Positions 1 to 8,034 of a DNA stretch of 18,778 nt are shown here, one piece after another. The first letter of the stretch is position 1. Every line of letters starts with the position of its first letter. This DNA comes from a candidate division WOR-3 bacterium. GTDB taxonomy: Bacteria; Hydrothermota; Tepidihabitantia; Tepidihabitantales; Tepidihabitantaceae. The translations under genes were made by a program, and so were the position numbers. Below the pieces are notes generated by a model. It searched no databases and was not told where the DNA came from. It worked only from the letters and a program-made list of their open reading frames with translations. The DNA is taken from assembly GCA_965648935.1 (NCBI GenBank), contig CBFGIY010000049.1, positions 1-18,778 of the forward strand, written 5' to 3'.

Positions 1-1409
1 CTCGCGTGCGCCGCCGACACCCAATGCATAGTCGACTTCACTTTGCGCCCGTCGGGCGCGTCACCGCCGCGCGTCGCGGGGTCATAGGTGCAGCGCACCT
101 CGACCACGTCACCGGTCGCCGGGTCCTTGCGACAGCCCACGCAGGTCACGAGATATGCGTAACGCAGGCGCACCTCGCGCCCTGGCGACAACCGGTAGTA
201 CTTGGGCGGCGGCACCTCGCGAAAGTCATCGCGCTCGATGTACAGCTCGCGCGAGAACGGTACCTTGCGCGTGCCCGCAGTCGCATCCTCGGGGTTGTTG
301 ACCGCGTCGAACCACTCCTCCTGGCCGTCGGGGTAGTTCTCGATGACCAGCTTCAGCGGCCGCAGCACCGCCATCCGGCGCGGGGCATGCTGATTCAGGT
401 CCTCGCGCAAGCAGTGCTCCAGCAGTTCGATGTCGACGACGCTGTCGGCCTTGGCCACGCCCACTCTCCGCAGGAACTCTCGGATTGCCGTCGGCGTGTA
501 GCCGCGCCGGCGCAGGCCCGAGAGGGTCGGCATCCGCGGGTCGTCCCAGCCCCGCACGATGCCTGACTCGACAAGCTCGCGCAGGCGCCGCTTGGCCATC
601 AGGGTGTAGGTAAGGTTCAGCCGGGCGAACTCGATCTGGCGCGACGGGAAAATGCCGAGTTCTGCGATGAACCACTCATACAGCGGCCGGTGGTCCTCGA
701 ACTCCAGTGAACAAAGAGAATGCGTGACTCTCTCGTGTGAATCGGACTGGCCGTGGGCCCAGTCGTAGCTTGGGTAGATGCACCACCTGTCGCCGGTACG
801 ATGGTGCGTGGCATGGATTATCCGGTACATCACGGGGTCACGCAGGTTGATGTTCGGCGAGGCCATATCTATCTTTGCCCGCAGGGTACGCGCGCCGTCG
901 GCGAACTCGCCGCGACGCATGCGCTCGAACAGATCGAGATTCTCCTCGACCGAACGGTTGCGATAGGGGCTCTCCCGCCCCGGCTCGGTCAGCGTGCCGC
1001 GGTGTTCGCGCAGCTCGTCCGCGGTGAGGTCGCAGACGTACGCCTTGCCCTTGCGGATGAGCTGCAGCGCCCAGTCATAGAGCTGCTCGTAGTAGTCCGA
1101 GGCGTAGTACTCGCGGTCGCCCCAGTCGAAACCGAGCCAGCGGATGTCAGCCTTGATTGACTCGACGTACTCGACGTCCTCCTTGACCGGGTTGGTATCG
1201 TCGAAGCGCAGGTTGCACTTGCCGCCGTACTTCTCGGCGATGCCGAAATCGATGCTGATGGCCTTGGCGTGACCGATGTGCAGATAGCCGTTGGGTTCGG
1301 GCGGAAACCGCGTCTGCACGCTGCTGTATCGCCCGGCGGCCAGGTCCTGCTCGATGGCTTCCTCTATGAAGTTGCGCGGCGTCGACTCCGCGCCGGCTGT
1401 GTCACTCAT
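1..1409 (-). CDS. glnS: Glutaminyl-tRNA synthetase (3'-truncated by the window edge)
   Basis: Not in the ORF track because it runs off the window. Manual translation from ATG at 1409 gives [50 protein letters not shown]...[10 protein letters not shown]...WLGFDW, and near base 1 [26 protein letters not shown]; these are hallmark GlnRS motifs. The ATG overlaps the gltX stop (ATGA). Confidence 0.97.
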   Translation of the reverse strand, partial: MSDTAGAESTPRNFIEEAIEQDLAAGRYSSVQTRFPPEPNGYLHIGHAKAISIDFGIAEKYGGKCNLRFDDTNPVKEDVEYVESIKADIRWLGFDWGDREYYASDYYEQLYDWALQLIRKGKAYVCDLTADELREHRGTLTEPGRESPYRNRSVEENLDLFERMRRGEFADGARTLRAKIDMASPNINLRDPVMYRIIHATHHRTGDRWCIYPSYDWAHGQSDSHERVTHSLCSLEFEDHRPLYEWFIAELGIFPSRQIEFARLNLTYTLMAKRRLRELVESGIVRGWDDPRMPTLSGLRRRGYTPTAIREFLRRVGVAKADSVVDIELLEHCLREDLNQHAPRRMAVLRPLKLVIENYPDGQEEWFDAVNNPEDATAGTRKVPFSRELYIERDDFREVPPPKYYRLSPGREVRLRYAYLVTCVGCRKDPATGDVVEVRCTYDPATRGGDAPDGRKVKSTMHWVSAAHA

Positions 1410-3004
1410 TGTCGCGTTGCCTCCGTGAGTGCCCGGTCGATTCGCCGGATGCTCTCGTCCCTGCCCAGAATCGCCAGCGTCTCGAACAGGCCGAACCCGA
1501 CTGCCTTGCCTGTCACTGCGACGCGCAGGGCGTGGATGATGTCACCGACCGCTACGCCCCGCTCGGCGACGAAGCTTCCCAATGCCGCCTCAAGCTCCGC
1601 AGGCACAAAGCGCTCCAGGTCGGCCAGCCGGCTGCGGAACTCCGCCAGCAGTGCAGTTGCTCCAGCGCGACGCAGCCGCTTGTCAAAAGCCTTCGGGTCG
1701 TACTGCAACTCACCGGCGGAGACGAAGAAGTCCCGATAGTCCAGGATGTCGCCGGCGACCTTGATGCGGTCGCCCGCAGCTTCGATGATTGCGGCCACGC
1801 GGACGCGCACCTCTTCCGCTACGGGTTGCTGCACCAGCCCGGCGCGCTCAAGAAACGGCATGACAAGTTCGGCACGTTGATCTGTCGGCAGCTCCATCAT
1901 CCGCTTCACCTGAAAAGCGACCAGCTTCGCGGGATCGAAGCTCGCCGGGGCACGGTTCACACGTTCAAGGGAGAAATCGCGCACCAGGTCCGCAAGGTCG
2001 AAACGCTCGGTTCGGTCGTCGAGCGCCCAACCCAGCAGCGCAAGGTAGTTGACCAGAGTCTCGGGCAGGAATCCGGTGCCGCGGTAGAACTCCAGGGCAA
2101 CCGGATTCACGCTCTCTTCCGTCGGGTCACTGCCCAGGGCAACCGCTATTCGGCGGCCGTGTTCGACCAGTTCGGCAAAGTCCGGGTTCTTGAGGTACTG
2201 CTTGACCTTGCGCTTGCTCAGCTTGTTCCGGCTGCCGGGTTCGGCAACGTAAGGCAGGTGAGCGTATGCCGGAACCGGCCAGTCCAGCGCCCGGGCGATG
2301 AAGACCTGGCGCGGGGTGTTCGAGAGGTGCTCCTCCGCTCGGATGACGTGGGTGATCTCGAAATCGTGATCATCGACCACGCTGGCCAGGTGATACAGGC
2401 ACGACCCGTCAGCTCGCTGCACAACATGGTCCTGCTCAAGTGCCCAGTCGAACTCGACGCGGCCGCGCACAAGGTCATCCAGCACGAGGACTCCCTCGCG
2501 CGGCATCTTCAGCCGGACGACAGCCTGACGACCCTCGGCTTCGAAGCGACGCCGGTCGGCCTCGGTCTCGGCCATCCAGCGCCGGCTGTAGAGCCAGCTC
2601 TCCCTGCGCCCCAGCGCGGCCTCGCGCTCTGCGCGGGTCTCCTCCGGTGTCGCGTAATCGTGGTAGGCGCAACCGCGCTCGACAAGCTCCGCGACCACGG
2701 CGCGGTGTCGTGCGGCGCGTTGCGACTGGTAGTACGGCGCGTGCGGCCCGCCGACCTCAGGGCCCTCGTCCCAGTCCAGACCAAGCCAGCGCAGACCATC
2801 AAGTATCGGCTGCAGCGATTCCGTCACGTTGCGCTCCTCGTCAGTATCGTCTATGCGCAACACGAACTGACCGCCGTGATGGCGCGCAAAGAGCCAGTTG
2901 TACAAGGCGGTGCGGGCAAGCCCGAGATGAATCGTGCCGGTCGGCGATGGGGCAATGCGAACCCTGACCCGCTCGGCACCCGCGGGTCTACAGATTCCAG
3001 CCAC
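1406..3004 (-). CDS. gltX: Glutamyl-tRNA synthetase
   Basis: [14 protein letters not shown] (HIGH-like), [50 protein letters not shown], and a C-terminal anticodon-binding region LRVAVTG. GTG start; exact start not certain. Confidence 0.96.
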   Translation of the reverse strand: MAGICRPAGAERVRVRIAPSPTGTIHLGLARTALYNWLFARHHGGQFVLRIDDTDEERNVTESLQPILDGLRWLGLDWDEGPEVGGPHAPYYQSQRAARHRAVVAELVERGCAYHDYATPEETRAEREAALGRRESWLYSRRWMAETEADRRRFEAEGRQAVVRLKMPREGVLVLDDLVRGRVEFDWALEQDHVVQRADGSCLYHLASVVDDHDFEITHVIRAEEHLSNTPRQVFIARALDWPVPAYAHLPYVAEPGSRNKLSKRKVKQYLKNPDFAELVEHGRRIAVALGSDPTEESVNPVALEFYRGTGFLPETLVNYLALLGWALDDRTERFDLADLVRDFSLERVNRAPASFDPAKLVAFQVKRMMELPTDQRAELVMPFLERAGLVQQPVAEEVRVRVAAIIEAAGDRIKVAGDILDYRDFFVSAGELQYDPKAFDKRLRRAGATALLAEFRSRLADLERFVPAELEAALGSFVAERGVAVGDIIHALRVAVTGKAVGFGLFETLAILGRDESIRRIDRALTEATRQ

Positions 3005-3025
3005 GGCTGATACTCATCGCTTGAA

Positions 3026-3114
3026 CGGAGAGGGTGGGATTCGAACCCACGGTACAGTTTTACCCGTACAACCGCTTAGCAAGCGATCGCCTTCGGCCAC
3101 TCGGCCACCTCTCC
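3026..3114 (-). tRNA. tRNA-Ser(GCU)
   Basis: Reverse complement GGAGAGG..CCTCTCC-G acceptor stem, anticodon arm ATCGC-TTGCTAA-GCGGT, long variable arm GTACGG/CTGTAC, T arm GTGGG-TTCGAAT-CCCAC. CCA is not encoded. Confidence 0.96.
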
Positions 3115-3204
3115 ACGCTGTCAAGCTCACTACAGCAGACAACTGCAGTCAGACCGACTTCTGCCGTACGGTCAGACTGTCCGCACTAACCTCTGTATCG
3201 AAGC

Positions 3205-3291
3205 CGGAGGGCGCAGGATTCGAACCCGCAAGGCCCATCACTGAGCCGGCAGATTTCAAGTCTGCTGCCTTACCAGTTAGGCTAGCCCTCC
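3205..3291 (-). tRNA. tRNA-Ser(UGA)
   Basis: Acceptor GGAGGGC/GCCCTCC-G, D arm GCCT..AGGC, anticodon arm GCAGA-CTTGAAA-TCTGC, variable arm GGCTCA-GTGA-TGGGCC, T arm GCGGG-TTCGAAT-CCTGC. CCA is not encoded. Confidence 0.94.
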
Positions 3292-3323
3292 AATGCAGGC
3301 AACGACAGCGGCAAGCCAGCTGA

Positions 3324-3351
3324 AGACTAGCCGAATCTGCCTCCAAGTCAA
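3324..3351 (-). promoter_or_regulatory. Sigma70-type promoter for tRNA-Ser/tRNA-Ser/gltX/glnS
   Basis: TTGACT (3351-3346), 16 bp, TAGTCT (3329-3324), just upstream of the first tRNA. Confidence 0.65.
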
Positions 3352-3432
3352 CTCCACGAACAGACGCCTGTGACAGCGTGACCCCGGCCGGCGGTCACGC
3401 CCTAAGCTTCGGAGTATTAGTCGTTTCGTGCA

Positions 3433-3460
3433 TTGACACCTCAACGGGCGAGTCTATAAT
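3433..3460 (+). promoter_or_regulatory. Consensus sigma70-type promoter for the large secreted protein
   Basis: TTGACA (3433-3438), 16 bp, TATAAT (3455-3460). Confidence 0.85.
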
Positions 3461-3589
3461 GTGTATGTGTCTAACAAGGGCCGCTGTCTGCGCAGCGGCT
3501 TTTCGAGGGACATCAGCTTGGGCCGCAAGAGGCCCGGGCGCTTCTGTTCTTCTGGCCGCAGGCTCGATGGCTCTCCAAAGGAGGCTGTG

Positions 3590-6500
3590 ATGCGACACGT
3601 CCTGGTGCTGCTGTCAATAATGGCCGCAACCACGTTCGGCTTTACCATTCTCACAGAAGACTTCGACGCAATCTGGACAACGATCTCACCGCCGCCCGGC
3701 TGGACGATCACATACACCGGGTCGGCCGGCGTCGACGACTGGCACCGCGAAAACGCCAATACATCGCCCTGGGGTTCGCACCCGACTCCTTTTGCCGCGC
3801 TGTATTTCGGAGTCAATGCGGACACGCCCGACTCTCTCATCTCCCCGATACTGGACTGCTCGGGCCTGCGCAACGTGACGCTGACCTGCAGCACCTACTT
3901 CCTGCGCTTCTCCGGTAACCCATACGTCGCCCAGTTGCGCTACTCAATTGACGGCGGCGCGACATACCCTTTCCTCCTGCGCGACTACTACTCTGGCAGT
4001 AGCAGCGTGCCGGTGCAGGAAACCTTCGTGCTGGAGTCCGCCGCCAACCAGAGCCAGGTGCGTCTGGCATGGATCTTTGACGGCAACCTGTCCTACATAA
4101 CCTGCTGGTACCTGGATGACGTTTCGGTGACGGCGGACTCTATCCCGCTCTGGGACATCGAGTGCCGACGCATCCTCAGCCCGGCGAACCGGGTTCTGCC
4201 CGGACCTCTCACCCCGATCGCGCGCTTCCGGAACAACGGCACGAACGACCAGTTCGCAGTCGCCGTTAGCTGCAGCCTCTACGACGCCGCAATGAACCCT
4301 CTCCAGGGCTGGTCCGACGTCATCGACACTATCCTCGCGTTCAGCGGCGAGCGCGATACCTTCTTCAGCCCTGCCTACGACCTCACAGAGGGTGACTACT
4401 ACATCAAGGTCTGGGCCGCGGCCGACTCTGACTATGTCAGAGCAAACGACACACTTGAGCGCTACTTCACCGTCTCCAATCTCCTCGAACTGGGCTATGA
4501 TCAAGGCGCGCCGGTCGAGTATGCCCGGTGGCCCGTCGGCCACTTCGGCTGGGGCGTCAGGCTCACACCTGACACCTTCCCGGTCTACCTGGAGTCGGCG
4601 CGGGTCTACTTGGCCATGCCCAGCAACCCGAACCACTGCCGCTACCAGCTTGCCATTTTCGCCGACCAGGCCGGGCAACCGGGCAGGATGCTCTACAAGA
4701 CCCCGGTCCTGCAAGGCACTCCATCGGACACCGGCTGGCAATCGGTCTTCCTCGCCGACAGCGGCCGCAAGCTCATAATCGACTCGTCCAGCTTCTACCT
4801 GTTCTATCTGCAGGTAGGCGAACCTCCCGAGTGCCCCGGTATCGGCAAGGATGGCAGCCGCTCTCCGCTCGCCCAGTACTGGCAGTACCGTGCAGGCGTG
4901 TTCCGGCCGGACTCCTCGGGTGGCGACTTCAAGATGCGCACGTACGTCAACCTGTCTCCGGTCACGCGCCCCAGCTCCGACATCAGAACGGTCTTCGTCG
5001 GGCAGCCCTGGTATGAGTTCATCCAGCGACCCTTCGACGCGCCGGTTACACCCTCTGTCCGCGTCGAGAACTTCGGCACGACCGACTTCAACGATTTCTC
5101 GGCAACCTGCTCGATCGTTGGCCCAGGCGGCACCACCTACTACACTGACCGGCTCAACATCACCTCGCTTGCGGCCGGCGCCGATACGACCGTGACATTC
5201 GCCCAGTGGATACCTCAGGCGGCTGAGAGATGCTCGGTGTTCGCGTACGTCTTGAGCACGATAGGCCTGCCCGACGACATCCCGCAGAATGACGACGTTC
5301 GCTTCGATGTCGAAATCGTCAAAGGCACACACACCGGCACAAGTCCGCTCGGTTATGCCTTCATCGATTCCGACACCATCGGCGGTCCGGTCTTCAGCTG
5401 GATCGACACGGCCGGGTTCGGCATCGCTCCAAACCTGGGCAACGAGGAACGCATCAACATACCGACCTTCTTCAACTTCCGCTTCTACGACAGCACGTAC
5501 AACTACGTGTATGCATCGGCCAACGGCTGGTTCGCGATGGGCACCGCCAGCCCCGGCGGCACCGGTGACTCGCTGCCCCGCGTCCTGCCCAACACCGACC
5601 TGCCGAATCGCGCGGTGTATCCCTTCTGGGACAACCTGGCCATGGGGCCGGGTTTCGGCGGCGGCCAGTTACGGTACAAGACGCTCGGTTCAGCCCCGAA
5701 CCGGTACTTCGTTCTCACGTGGCAGAACGTCAACCGTGTCGGTACTGACACGACCAACGGGCTCACATTCCAGGCCATAGTCCGGGAGAACGGCACGTTT
5801 GACATCCAGTACCGTGATGTTCAGGTGGGCAGTCCGGCTCACGACTACGGCCGCGGGATATCTGTCGGCTTGGAGAGCCCTGATGGCACCGACGGTGTGG
5901 GCTATCTCTACTCGCGCCCGCCGATGTCCGGGGCTCTCAACGACCCCGGCAATCGGCTCACCAACGGCCGGGCAATCCGATTCTACCGTGTGTTCCGCGA
6001 CGCCGCCGCGCTTGAGATAGTGCAGCCGGAGTTCTACGCGTTCCCCGGTATCATAGTCCCCGAGGCGAAGATCCAGAACTACGGCACTGTACCCGACTCG
6101 ATTCGCGTCTTCCTGAACATCGGAACGGCCTATTACGCCGAAACGCTCCTGGCCAGCGTGCCGGCCGGCGAGAGCACTCTCGTCCAGTTCCCGCCGTGGA
6201 ACGCCCAGCTGGGCACATTCACGGCGGTCTGCTCGACTCGCATGGCCGCCGATTCCGACAGCACCAACAACGTCACGAGCAAACTCGTAATCGTCTCACC
6301 GTGGGTACAGCGCGAGAACATCCCCAGCGGCTGGCGGCGACGCAAGGTCAAGGAAGGCACGGCCGTTCACGCCCCGACGACGAACCGTGTGTACGTCATG
6401 AAGGGCAGCAACACCAACGAGCTGTGGTACTACGACGTGGCGAGCAAATCGTGGGATACCCTCGCCTCAATGCCGCTTGGCCCATCGGGTCGGCGCGCCC

Positions 6501-7597
6501 GTGACGGCACGGACCTGACCTACGACCCGGACCGCGGCGCGCTCGGCCGGCTCTGGGCGATCAAGGGCGGCGTGGCCGACTTCTACTACTACGACATAGC
6601 AACCAACACCTGGACCGCGGCAGCGGAGGCCATATTGATCGACTCAATCGGCGGCCGCGAGTGGCGACCTCCCAAAAAGGGTGCTTCGGTTGCTTACGCG
6701 CGCAACATGGTCTACTGCCTGCCGGGAAACCGGACGAACTACTTCTGGCAGTACGACATTGCGACGAACCGCTGGAGTTACGTGACCGATGCCAACAACC
6801 GACCCATCGACGTGCCGTCCAACCCGTTGCGTCCTGTGAAGTGCAAGTTCGGCACCGACATGGTCTACGGCGGCAACGACACGCTCTACGTGCTCAAAGG
6901 CTCAAACACCCTCGAGGCATACGGCTACGATCTGAACATCCGCGCGTGGATCGACACGCTGCCGACCGCATCACTGCTCGGCCTGCGCAGCAAGACCGTG
7001 AAGTCGGGCGCCTCGATGACGTTCCACAACAACCACGTCTACATCGTCAAGGGCGGCAACACCCAGGAGTTCTGGAGCTGGCGGGTCGGTGCGGACAGCT
7101 GGCTAAGACGCGCCGACGTACCGGTCTCGTTCGTCGGGCGACGCACTAAGGTCAAGCGCGGCTCGGCAATGACTGCGGCCGACTCGACCATCTTCTTCCT
7201 CAAGGGTTCGTACGGTTATGAGTTCTGGGAGTACAAACCGGCCAGCGACCCGGTCGGTATGCTGGCCTACGCCAGCTCCCCGAGCCGTTCGGGCGTGATG
7301 GACGAGCGCCGGCTCCCCACGTCAGGCCCCTGGCTGAGTGTCTACCCCAATCCGTCGAAGGGCGTTGTCAACATCGCGTACAGCCTCCCCCGCTCGAACG
7401 ACGCCCGTATCAGAGTCTACGATGCTGCGGGGCGCATTGTCGCCGCCCTGGGCGAACGCCAGCTGTTGCCTGAGCACGGTCAGGTGCAGTGGCGACGACT
7501 CGACGGACTCGGCCGGCCCGTTGCTGCCGGGGTCTACTTCATCGAGATGACCGGCGGCGACTTGAAGCTGACGCGCAAGGTCATAATCAGAGACTGA
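3590..7597 (+). CDS. 1335-aa secreted modular protein: MAM/cleaved-adhesin-like domain, three CARDB/Ig-like repeats, NIDO-like domain, 6-blade Kelch-like propeller, T9SS type A/FlgD-Ig C-terminal domain
   Basis: AAGGAGG at 3578-3584 before ATG 3590; signal peptide MRHVLVLLSIMAATTFG; EDF..PPPGW..LISP..SIDGG..WYLDDV; repeated D..I..P..NxGT..ND motifs; FRFYDSTY..SANGW..PFWDNL..TFQ; six Kelch-like blades; C-terminal VYPNP..RVYDAAGRIV..GVYF..RKVII. Confidence 0.88.
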   Translation: MRHVLVLLSIMAATTFGFTILTEDFDAIWTTISPPPGWTITYTGSAGVDDWHRENANTSPWGSHPTPFAALYFGVNADTPDSLISPILDCSGLRNVTLTCSTYFLRFSGNPYVAQLRYSIDGGATYPFLLRDYYSGSSSVPVQETFVLESAANQSQVRLAWIFDGNLSYITCWYLDDVSVTADSIPLWDIECRRILSPANRVLPGPLTPIARFRNNGTNDQFAVAVSCSLYDAAMNPLQGWSDVIDTILAFSGERDTFFSPAYDLTEGDYYIKVWAAADSDYVRANDTLERYFTVSNLLELGYDQGAPVEYARWPVGHFGWGVRLTPDTFPVYLESARVYLAMPSNPNHCRYQLAIFADQAGQPGRMLYKTPVLQGTPSDTGWQSVFLADSGRKLIIDSSSFYLFYLQVGEPPECPGIGKDGSRSPLAQYWQYRAGVFRPDSSGGDFKMRTYVNLSPVTRPSSDIRTVFVGQPWYEFIQRPFDAPVTPSVRVENFGTTDFNDFSATCSIVGPGGTTYYTDRLNITSLAAGADTTVTFAQWIPQAAERCSVFAYVLSTIGLPDDIPQNDDVRFDVEIVKGTHTGTSPLGYAFIDSDTIGGPVFSWIDTAGFGIAPNLGNEERINIPTFFNFRFYDSTYNYVYASANGWFAMGTASPGGTGDSLPRVLPNTDLPNRAVYPFWDNLAMGPGFGGGQLRYKTLGSAPNRYFVLTWQNVNRVGTDTTNGLTFQAIVRENGTFDIQYRDVQVGSPAHDYGRGISVGLESPDGTDGVGYLYSRPPMSGALNDPGNRLTNGRAIRFYRVFRDAAALEIVQPEFYAFPGIIVPEAKIQNYGTVPDSIRVFLNIGTAYYAETLLASVPAGESTLVQFPPWNAQLGTFTAVCSTRMAADSDSTNNVTSKLVIVSPWVQRENIPSGWRRRKVKEGTAVHAPTTNRVYVMKGSNTNELWYYDVASKSWDTLASMPLGPSGRRARDGTDLTYDPDRGALGRLWAIKGGVADFYYYDIATNTWTAAAEAILIDSIGGREWRPPKKGASVAYARNMVYCLPGNRTNYFWQYDIATNRWSYVTDANNRPIDVPSNPLRPVKCKFGTDMVYGGNDTLYVLKGSNTLEAYGYDLNIRAWIDTLPTASLLGLRSKTVKSGASMTFHNNHVYIVKGGNTQEFWSWRVGADSWLRRADVPVSFVGRRTKVKRGSAMTAADSTIFFLKGSYGYEFWEYKPASDPVGMLAYASSPSRSGVMDERRLPTSGPWLSVYPNPSKGVVNIAYSLPRSNDARIRVYDAAGRIVAALGERQLLPEHGQVQWRRLDGLGRPVAAGVYFIEMTGGDLKLTRKVIIRD

Positions 7598-7613
7598 ACT
7601 AGCGACAGAAGAA

Positions 7614-7644
7614 TGAGCGGGGCGGCCTTGGGCCGCCCCGCTCA
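7614..7644. terminator. Probable bidirectional terminator hairpin between convergent genes
   Basis: Perfect 14-bp stem TGAGCGGGGCGGCC-ttg-GGCCGCCCCGCTCA between stops at 7597 (+) and 7658 (-). U-tracts are weak on both strands. Confidence 0.75.
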
Positions 7645-7657
7645 AGTTCTGACAGAG

Positions 7658-7939
7658 CTAAAGCTTGTACCAGAGATAGACAGCCAGAGCTACCAGAACC
7701 ACAGCCAGCACGTTGACTGACAAAGCGACACCCAGAGTCAGCCTGATGAAAGCCAGGTCCAGCTCGACCGGTCCAACGCCAATCTCCTTGGCCGCAAAAA
7801 AGAAGCTCTTGACCGGTCCAGCCGGAAACACGGAAGACATCACGTAGGAAAGTGCACTGCCCAGAACGCCGGCGACTATCACCGCCAGCACAAGCAGTCC
7901 GATCGACCGCCCCCCCGCCCGCGGCATCAGACTGCGCAC
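7658..7939 (-). CDS. Small membrane protein, DUF4321-like
   Basis: Two hydrophobic segments flanking FPAGPVKSFF..IGVGPVELDLAFIRLTLG..SVNVL, resembling DUF4321. GGAGGT (7950-7945) lies 5 nt before GTG 7939; alternative start ATG 7927. Confidence 0.75.
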   Translation of the reverse strand: MRSLMPRAGGRSIGLLVLAVIVAGVLGSALSYVMSSVFPAGPVKSFFFAAKEIGVGPVELDLAFIRLTLGVALSVNVLAVVLVALAVYLWYKL

Positions 7940-8006
7940 CGAACACCTCCGCCGACCGAAGCGCATCCGGGGCACAACGCCTGGCACACCTGTTGCATCA
8001 CGCCGG

Positions 8007-8034
8007 ATTGTAGCAACTGCCTGACCTCAATCAA
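8007..8034 (-). promoter_or_regulatory. Sigma70-type promoter for the DUF4321-like gene
   Basis: TTGATT (8034-8029, overlapping the upstream gene's stop), 16 bp, TACAAT (8012-8007), with an extended -10 TG. Confidence 0.65.

Noticed and set aside
1409..3010. 533-aa plus-strand ORF exactly antisense to gltX (also 6..566, 753..1160, 3944..5332, 12949..13914 and 16570..17541)
   Set aside because: Antisense shadow frames expected in high-GC coding DNA; no recognisable motifs, and the opposite strand encodes clear conserved proteins.
3119..3124. Perfect TTGACA on the minus strand just upstream of tRNA-Ser(GCU)
   Set aside because: No -10-like hexamer 16-18 bp downstream; that position falls inside the tRNA.
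3205..3291. Possible selenocysteine or suppressor tRNA because 'TGA' is in the anticodon loop
   Set aside because: Anticodon UGA reads the Ser codon UCA. tRNA-Sec needs anticodon UCA and an 8/5 fold, whereas this tRNA is 7/5.
2934..3346. ORFs 2934..3323 (+) and 3149..3346 (-)
   Set aside because: They are translations of the tRNA genes.
3461..3589. ORF-track N-terminal extensions (3461, 7987, 9027, 13156, 14279, 16546, 17762)
   Set aside because: SD sites, signal peptides, promoter positions or overlaps with neighbouring genes support later starts (3590, 7939/7927, 9150, 13003, 14354, 16579, 17945).
3026..7597. Possible tRNA-integrated island carrying the large surface protein
   Set aside because: No integrase, no duplicated tRNA 3' end seen, and the gene lies on the 5' side of the tRNAs.
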